Shown here piece after piece: positions 43,188 to 64,000 of a stretch of DNA of 64,000 bases (position 1 is the stretch's first letter; each line of letters opens with the position of its first letter). The stretch is taken from assembly GCF_009914755.1 (NCBI RefSeq), contig NC_060936.1. One strand, 5' to 3'. A program made the translations under genes and the position numbers. The notes below the pieces were generated by a model. That model searched no databases. It saw only the letters and a list, made by a program, of their open reading frames with translations, and was not told the DNA's origin. This DNA is from the human T2T-CHM13v2.0 reference genome, Homo sapiens.

Positions 43188-45031
43188 GCCCCAATAGTCT
43201 CAACCCCTTATAACATACATTCAAATACAAAATACCATCTAAATCTCATCAGCTTAAAAGTCCCAAACCTTATCATCTAAAGGATCTATGGGTGAGGCTC
43301 TGGATATAATCCATCCTGGAGAAAAATACCTCTCCATCTGTGGATCTGTGAAGCTAGAAAATAAGTTATCAGATCAAAAAGTACAATGGTGGCACAGGCA
43401 TAAGATAATCAATATAGACATTCTCATTGGGAGAAAATAGAAGGGGAAAAAGGGGTCACTATTCCCATGACATTTTGCAATCCAACTGGGAAAATTCTAT
43501 CATGTTTCAAAACCCAGGAATAATCCTCTGTGGCTGGAGGGTCCATCCTCTGGGCCCGTGGCTCTGCCATGACCTCAGAGTTATCCTTCTTTTCATGAAG
43601 GGTAATGTGTCTAAACCTGAGTCATTTTATTAGCCTGTTTTCTAACTGGAGAATTTTGGAAGTCAAACAAACTTCTATCATTTTGTTCTTTCTCTGTCTC
43701 TTTCAGTCCAAGCTGGCAGTGTTTCTGCTGATACAACATTCTCAAAAACTTTGTGGGTCTCCCACACATGTTACAGGGAGTAAATCCATCAAACAAGAGG
43801 CTCTTCCACAAATATATGCAGGATAATCCCATTTTTATTCCTGGCTCCTATTGAGATCTGTGAGGGGATCCATGAGTCATATACTTAATCTTTTCAAACA
43901 CTTTTCTGTGTGATTAAAATACTGACCTTATCTAAAATCGTTCCAAGGCACAAGCAAAAGACTGCTCAGCCAAACCTTTGGCATTCTCTCCAGAGAATAC
44001 TTTCTTGTAATCAAATCTTCTAACTTTAGCAGTTTTTGAAAGCTGAATAGACTGAGAATTTCCTAAATTATCAAGTCCTAGTTCCTTTTTGTTTAACAGT
44101 TCTTCCCTTAATCTATTTCTTTCCTCTCACATTTTACTATAAGAAACAAGAAACCAAGCCACATTTTCAACAGTTTGCTTGGATTTCCAAGCAAATTTCC
44201 TCGGCTAAATCTCCACGCTCATGGCTTAGAAATTCTATTTCCCACATGACTGCAGAACAAAATTCTGCTGAGTCTTCTGCCACCAAATAACAAAGAACCC
44301 TTAATTCCATCTGGGCCATTATGAGGAGTTCCTTTAGTATTCCTATTTCTATAGTTTATTTATAATAGCTTTAATATTCTCTAAGACAATTTAATTTTTC
44401 TCTATTATGTTCCTCACTTCCTTCTGAGCCCTTACTAGCAGAGTCCTTAGTATCTATATTTCCACTAGCAATCTGTTCACAGAAATCTAGGCTTTTCTAT
44501 CATGCTCCTCAACATTCTTCCAGCCTCTTCCCACTGGAAATCACAACCACATTTTTAGGTATTTGTTAGCGCATAACCTCACTTCCAAATCTATGTTAGC
44601 TTCCTACTTCTGCTCCAATAAATTCTCACTAACTTAGTGGCTTGAAACAATGCACATTTATCTTCTTTTTCTGGAGGTTAGAAATCTAAAATAGATTTTG
44701 AAATGTACTGACATTTATGAGTCTTACATGACTAAAATTAAAGTGTCATAATCTTCATTCCTTATGGATACTTTAGGGAAGGATCCATTCCTTGCCTTTC
44801 CCAGCTTCAAAAGGCTGCCCGCATTCCATGGCTCATGGCTACATCACTTGGATCTCCGCTTCTGTCATCACATCTCTTTCTCTCCCTCTGCTTCTGTCAT
44901 GGCATTGCTTTTTATGACACTACCCCTCATGCCTTCTTAAGAACCCTTGTGATTTGTCTGGACCCACAGAAGTAATCCAGGATAATCTCAAGAACATTAA
45001 CTTAATCACCTGTGAAGCCCTTTTTGCTATG
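43188..45031 (-). mobile_element. MLT1 internal region (43188-44590) plus LTR (44593-45031); the LTR resumes at 59763-59790
   Basis: MLT1-int motifs (ctcatcagcttaaaagtccc, ccacatttttaggtatttgtta); the LTR breaks at tttttgctatg and continues tgtaaagcaacatattcacagttc after Tigger1. Confidence 0.75.
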
Positions 45032-45513
45032 TAGTCATACCTCATTTTATTGTGCTTTGCTTTATTGCTCTTTGCACATATTGCCTTTTTACAGATTGAA
45101 GTTTTGTCACAACCCTGCATGGAGCAAGCCTATCAGCACCATTTTTCCAACAGCATGTGCTCACCTCATGGCTTGGTGTCACATTTTGATAATTCTCACA
45201 ATATTTCAAGTTTTTTATTATTATTATATTTTTTGTGGTGATTTGTGATCAGTGACCTTTGATGTTACTACTGTAATCACTTGAGGCACCATGATCCACT
45301 ATCACATAGAATGGTGAATTTAATCAATAAATGTTGTATGTGTTCTGACTGCTCCACCAACCAGCCTTTGCCCTGTCTTGTTCTTTCTCCTTGGGCCTCC
45401 TAGTTCCTGAGACACAATAATATTGAAATTAGACTGATAAATAACCCTATAATGGCTTCTACTGTTCCAGTGAAAAGAAGAGTCATACATCTCATTTTAA
45501 ATCAAAAACTACA

Positions 45514-45832
45514 GGCCCAGTGCAGTGGTTCTACCTGTAATCCCAGCACTTTGGGAAGCCAAGGCAGACAGATCACTTGAGCTCAGGAGTTCGAGACCAG
45601 CCTGGCCAACATAGTGAAATCCCATCTCTATTAAAAATACAAAAAAAAAAAAAAATTAGCTGGGCATGGTGGCAGGTTCCTGTAATCCCAGCTACTCGGG
45701 AGGCTAAGGCAGGAGAATAGCTTGAACCTGGGAGGCGGGGGTTGCAATAAGCAGAGATTGCACCACTGAACTTCAGACTAGGCAACAGAGCAAGAGTCCA
45801 TCTAAAAATAAAAAATAATAAATAAATAAATA
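45514..45832 (+). mobile_element. AluS inserted in Tigger1
   Basis: Full dimer with a (taaa)n tail; TSD aaaactaca / aaagctaca. Confidence 0.94.
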
Positions 45833-45857
45833 AAAAGCTACAAATGATTAAGCTTGG

Positions 45858-46267
45858 TGTCAGGCCTCGAGCCCAAGCTAAGCCATCATATCCCCTGTAA
45901 CCTGCACGTACACATCCAGATGGCCAGTTCCTGCCTTAACTGATGACATTCCACCATAAAAGAAGTGAAAATGGCCTGTTCCTGCCTTAACTGATGACAT
46001 TGTCTTGTGAAATTCCTTCTCCTGGCTCATCCTGACTCAAAAGCTCCCCTACTGAGCACCTTGTGACCCCCAACTCCTGCCCACCAGAGAACAATTCCCC
46101 TTTGACTGTAATTTTCCTTTACCTACCCAAATCTTATAAAACGGCCCCACCCCTATCTCCCTTCGCTGACTCTTTTCGGACTCAGCCCGCCTGCACCCAG
46201 GTGATTAAAAGCTTTATTGCTCACACAAAGCCAGTTTGGTGGTCTCTTCACACGGATGCGCATGAAA
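45858..46267 (+). promoter_or_regulatory. HERV-H 5' LTR (LTR7) promoter
   Basis: tgtcaggcctc...catgaaa; duplicated gttcctgccttaactgatgacatt U3 block, TATA box tataaaa near 46135, GC/GT box ccccacccc, attaaa poly(A) signal. Confidence 0.95.
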
Positions 46268-46269
46268 TT

Positions 46270-46287
46270 TGGTGCCGTGACTCGGAT
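46270..46287 (+). other. Primer binding site complementary to tRNA-His
   Basis: tggtgccgtgactcggat directly after the 5' LTR. Confidence 0.95.
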
Positions 46288-46418
46288 CAGGGGACCCTTG
46301 GAGATCCCTTGGGAGATCAATCCCCTGTCCTCCTGCTCTTTGCTCCGTGAAAAAGATCCACCTATGACCTCGGGTCCTCAGACCCATCAGCCCAAGGAAC
46401 ATCTCACCAATTTTAAAT

Positions 46419-46427
46419 CGGGTAAGC
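46419..46427 (+). promoter_or_regulatory. HERV-H leader splice donor
   Basis: cgg|gtaagc about 150 nt downstream of the 5' LTR, where the HERV-H major donor is known to lie. Confidence 0.7.
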
Positions 46428-46817
46428 AGCCTCTTCTTACTCTCTTCTCCAACCTCTCTCACTATCCCTCAACCACTTTCTCTTTTCAATCTTGGCACCA
46501 CCCTTCAATCTCTCCCTTCTCTTAATTTCAATTGCTTTCATTTTCTGGTAGAAACAAAGAAGACACATTTTATCCGTGGACCCAAAACTCAGGCATCAGT
46601 CACAGACTTGGGAAGCCAGCCTTCCCTTCATGTTTAATCATTGCAGGGACGCCTCTCCATTTACCCACGTTTCAGAGGTGTCTGACCACGCAGGGATGCC
46701 TGCCTTGGTCCTTCACCCTTAGCAGCAAGTCCCGCTTTTCTGGGGGAGGGGCAAAAACCACAACCCCTTCTCTCCCTGTCTCTACCCCTTCTCTGCTTTT
46801 CTGGGGTGCAAGAACCC

Positions 46818-47021
46818 CCCGATCCCTTATTTCCGTGCCCCGACCTCTTATCTCTGTGCCCCGATCCCTTATTTCCATGCCCTGACCTCTTATCTCTGCA
46901 CCCCAATTCCTTATTTCCATGCCCTGACCTCTTATCTCTGCGCCCCGATCCCTTATTTCCACACCCCGACCTCTTATCTCTGCACCCCAACCCCTTATTT
47001 TGGCGCCCCGACCCCTTTCCC
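46818..47021 (+). repeat. 21-bp minisatellite (alternating A/B units) in the HERV-H leader
   Basis: cccgatcccttatttccgtgc alternating with cccgacctcttatctctgtgc; 9 full units plus a partial one. Confidence 0.92.
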
Positions 47022-48032
47022 ACTTTTCTGGAGGGTAAGAACCTCCGAACCTCTTCCCTCCATGTCCCTACTCTCTCTTTTCTCTGGGCTTGCCTCCTTC
47101 ACTATGGGCAACCTTCCACCCTCCATTACTCCTTCTTCTCCCTTAGCCTGTGTTCTCAAGAACTTAAAACCTCTTCAACTCACACCTGACCTAAAACCTA
47201 AATGCCTTATTTTCTTCTGCAATGCCGCTTGACCCCAATACAAACTCAACAGTGATTCCAAATAGCCAGAAAATGGCACTTTCAATTTTTCCATCCTACG
47301 AGATCTAAATAATTCTCGTCGTAAAATGGGCAAACGGTCTGAGGTGCCTGACATCCAGGCATTCTTTCACACATCAGTCCCTTCCTAGTCTCTGTTCCCA
47401 ATGCAAATCGTCCCAAATCTTCCTTCTTTCCCTCCCGCCTGTCCCCTCAGTCCCAACCCCAAGCGTCGCTGAGTCTTTCTAATCTTCCTTTTCTACAGAC
47501 CCATCTGACCTCTCCCCTCCTCGCCAGGCCGAGCTAGGTCCCAATTCTTCCTCAGCCTCTGCTTCTCCACCCTATAATCCTTTTATCACCTCCCTTCCTC
47601 ACACCTGGTCCAGCTTACAGTTTCATTCCGTGACTAGCCCTCACCCACCTGCCCAGCAATTTACTCTTAAAAAGGTGGCTGGAGCTAAAGGCATAGTCAA
47701 AGTTAATGCTCCTTTTTCTTTATCCCAAATCAGATAGCATTTAGGCTCTTTTTCATCAAATATAAAAACTCAGCCCAGTTCATGGCTCGTTTGGCAGCAA
47801 CCCTGAGATGCTTTACAGCCCTGGACCCTAAAAGGTCAAAAGGCCGTCTTACTCTCAATATACATCTTATTACCCAATCTGCTCCCAACATTAAATAAAA
47901 CTCCAAAAATTAAATTCCGGCCCTCAAACCCCACAACAGGACTTAATTAACCTCTCCTTCAAGGTGTACAATAATAGGGTAGAGGCAGCCAAGTAGCAAC
48001 ATATTTCTGAGTTACAATTCCTTGCCTCCACT

Positions 48033-48227
48033 GTGAGACAAACCCCAGCCACATCTCCAGCATACAAGAACTTCCAAACGCCTAAACCGCAGTGGCCAGG
48101 TGTTCCTCCAGGCCCGCCTCCCCCAGGAGCTTGCTACAAGTGCCAGAAATCTGGCCACCAGGCCAAGGAATGCCCGCAGCCCGGGATTCCTCCTAAGCCA
48201 CGTCCCATCTTTGTGGGACCCCACTGA
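48033..48227 (+). pseudogene. gag: HERV-H gag remnant (nucleocapsid zinc knuckle)
   Basis: CYKCQKSGHQAKEC is a CX2CX4HX4C motif; the upstream gag is disrupted. Confidence 0.88.
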
Positions 48228-48395
48228 AAATTGGACTGTTCAACTCACCTGGCAGCCACTCCCAGAGCCCCTGGAACTCTGGCCCAAGGCTCTCTGACTG
48301 ACTCCTTCCCAGATCTTCTCGGCTTAGTGGCTGAAGACTGACACTGCCCGATCGCCTTGGAAGCCCCCTAGACCATCACCGACGCCGAGCTTTAA

Positions 48396-51600
<3,205 letters not shown>

Positions 51601-52003
51601 AGTAAATAAATAATCTTTGCTGGCAGGGCTATGCTGAACCTCCTTAGGCACTCTCTAATTAGATGTCCTGGGTCCTCCCAATTCTTAGACCTTTAATACC
51701 TGCTTTTCTCTTTCTCTTATTCCGTTCAGTTTTTCAATTCATACAAAACTATATCCAGGCCATCACCAATAATTCTAAATGACAAATGTTTCTTCTAACA
51801 ACCCCACAATATCACCCCTTACCACAAAATCTTCCTTCAGCTTAATATCTCCCACTCTAGGTTCCCACGCCGCCCCTAATCCCACTCGAAGCAGCCCTGA
51901 GAAACATCGCCCGTTATCTCTCCATACCACCCCCCAAAATTTTCGTCGTCCCAACACTTTATCACTATTTCATTTTATTTTTCTTAATATAAGAAGACAG
52001 GAA

Positions 52004-52416
52004 CGTCAGGCCTCTGAGCCCAAGCTAAGCCATCATATCCCCTGTGACCTGCACATACACATCCAGATGGCCGGTTCCTGCCTTAACTGATGACATTCTA
52101 CCACAAAAGAAGTGAAAATGGCCTGTTCCTGCCTTAACTGATGACATTGTCTTGTGAAATTCCTTCTCCTGGCTCATCCTGCCTCAAAAGCTCCCCTACT
52201 GAGCACCTTGTGACCTCCCACTCCTGCCTGCCAGAGAACAACCCCCCTTTGACTGTAATTTTCCTTTACCTATCCAAATCTTATAAAACGGCCCCACCCC
52301 TATCTCCCTTCGCTGACTCTCTTTTCGGACTCAGCCTGCCTGCACCCAGGTGATTAAAAGCTTTATTGCTCACACAAAGCCTGTTTGGTGGTCTCTTCAC
52401 ACTGATGCACATGAAA
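52004..52416 (+). promoter_or_regulatory. HERV-H 3' LTR (LTR7)
   Basis: About 95% identical to the 5' LTR (about 18 substitutions and 2 small indels by manual alignment). Confidence 0.95.
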
Positions 52417-53395
52417 CTTGGTGAAGTATGTATGTCAAAAGCTGAGATAGGCTAAAACCTAGGCCTCATGTGCCAAACAGTTAGTAAATGCATTATGTAA
52501 GAAATACATTTCAAGTTGTGAATGCAAAGGAAAAGTTCTTGAAGGAAATTAAAAGTGCGACTCCAGTGGACACATAAATGATAAGAAAGGGAAACAGCCT
52601 GAATGCTGATATGGCAAAAGTTTTAGTGCTCTGGAAAGATCAAACCAGCCACAACATTTACTTAAGCCAAATGCTAATCCAGAACAAGGCCCTAACTCTC
52701 TTCAATTCTATGAAGGCTGAGAGAGGCAAAGAAACTGCAGAAGAAAATTTTGAAGCTAGCAGGGGTTCATGAGGTTTAAGGAAAGAAGCCATTTCCATGA
52801 CACAAAAGTGCAAGAAGCAGCAAGTGCTGATGGAGAAGCTGTAGCAAGTTATCCAGAAGATCCAGCTAAATTGATAAAGGTGACTACACTAAACAACAGA
52901 TTCTCAATGTAGATGAAACAGCCTTCTATTGGAAGAAGATTCCATTTAGGACTCTCATAACCAGAGAGGAGAAGTCAACGTCTGGCTTCAAAGCTTCAAA
53001 GAACAGGCTCACTGTTTTGTTAGGTTGTAATGCAGCTGGTAACTTTAAGTTGAAGCCAATGCTCATTTGCCATTCTGAAAACACTAAAGCTTTTAAGAAC
53101 GATGTTAAATGTACTCTGCCTGTGCTCTATAATAAAATAATAAAGCCTGGATGACAGTACATTTGTTTACAGCACAGTTTACTGACCATTTTAAGCCCAC
53201 TGTTGAGACCTACTGCTTAAAAAAAGATTCCTTTCAAATTATTATTGCTCATCGACAATGCACCTAATTACCCAAGAGCTCTGACTGGAGGTGTACAAGG
53301 AGACTAATGTTTTCATGGTTGGTAACACAACATCCATTCTGCAGCCAATGGATCAAGCAGTAATTTTGACTTTCAAGTCTTATGTAAGAAATACA

Positions 53396-59621
<6,226 letters not shown>

Positions 59622-59849
59622 TTTAGCGGACAACAGCATAGTGTAAATACAACTTTTATATGCACTTGGCAATCAAAAAATTCATGTGAGTTGCTCTACT
59701 GCAGTATTCGCTTTATTGCAGTGGTCTATAACTGAATCTGTAGTACCTCCAAGATATGCCTGTGTAAAGCAACATATTCACAGTTCTGTGTATTACAATA
59801 TGAACATCTCTGACATGAAAATATGCATAAATTTCTCACATTTTATAAG

Positions 59850-63430
<3,581 letters not shown>

Positions 63431-63759
63431 GGTCAATAGAAGCAATGTATTAAATAGTTTAATAGTAGAGAAAGATCAGAAAGATCAAGACAGAGACACT
63501 GTCTTCATGTATATTAACGTACTGGATATCAGAGATTCTGAAATTATGTTAGATATCAAGTGAAAATATTCTTTTGTCAATCATTTTCATTCAGTTATAA
63601 GACCAACATTTATCTTAAGCCAGATTTGTGAAAATTCAATGTAAAAATAATTATCATACTATTTCACAAGAGTGTTATTGTTCCTTGCTCATTAAAAAAA
63701 AAAAGAGCAAGAGCTTGTTGAGATGTCATAGCTAACAAAGCTATAATAAACTGGGATTT

Positions 63760-64000
63760 TTTTCAGCAAATGTTTGCTTCCCTTTCCTCTTTGGGTCAGG
63801 GTATACTTTCCACTCCCACTGCCTTTATGCTTGGCCATGCGACTTGCCTTGGCCAATGGAATATGAGCATGCAGGATATCTGCAGAATTTTAAATGTGTT
63901 TGCCTGGCTTAGCTTGCACTTGAACTCCTATAATCAACATACAATTACAACATAGGCAACCAGTGCCTCGTTAGGCTGGATCAAAGCGTGAAGCTTAAGG
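63760..64000 (+). mobile_element. Old MLT1 (I/J-like) LTR fragment
   Basis: cttggccatgcgacttgccttggccaatggaatatgagc. Confidence 0.55.

Noticed and set aside
46661-47189. Repetitive ORFs (PDLLSL.., RDKRSG..) and a CRISPR-like periodicity
   Set aside because: These are translations of the 21-bp leader minisatellite. The units are contiguous with no unique spacers, and there are no cas genes in this primate DNA.

Overview
This is primate, most likely human, AT-rich intergenic or intronic DNA made almost entirely of interspersed repeats. I find no intact protein-coding gene, RNA gene or prokaryotic system, and nearly all tracked ORFs are decayed L1, Alu, ERV or Tigger frames. The main structure is a ~15 kb nest: an MLT1 LTR holds a Tigger1 transposon, which holds an Alu, a two-LTR HERV-H provirus (tRNA-His PBS, 5-bp TSD, with a young AluYc1-type insertion) and a near full-length L1PA. 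A second nest runs old L1M > ERV1 LTR > L1PB > Alu plus THE1. The best leads are: (1) the HERV-H 5' LTR lacks the ACAAAAG SOX-type motif kept by the 3' LTR but carries an AP-1 site; (2) a THE1D provirus lacks exactly its 5' LTR yet keeps its TSD; (3) a 27-bp templated insertion preserves the pre-L1 target site; (4) a twin-primed L1 carries a probable 3' transduction; (5) there are a few candidate exons in unique DNA. Subfamily names come from recalled consensus sequences, not from a search, and boundaries of old elements are approximate.
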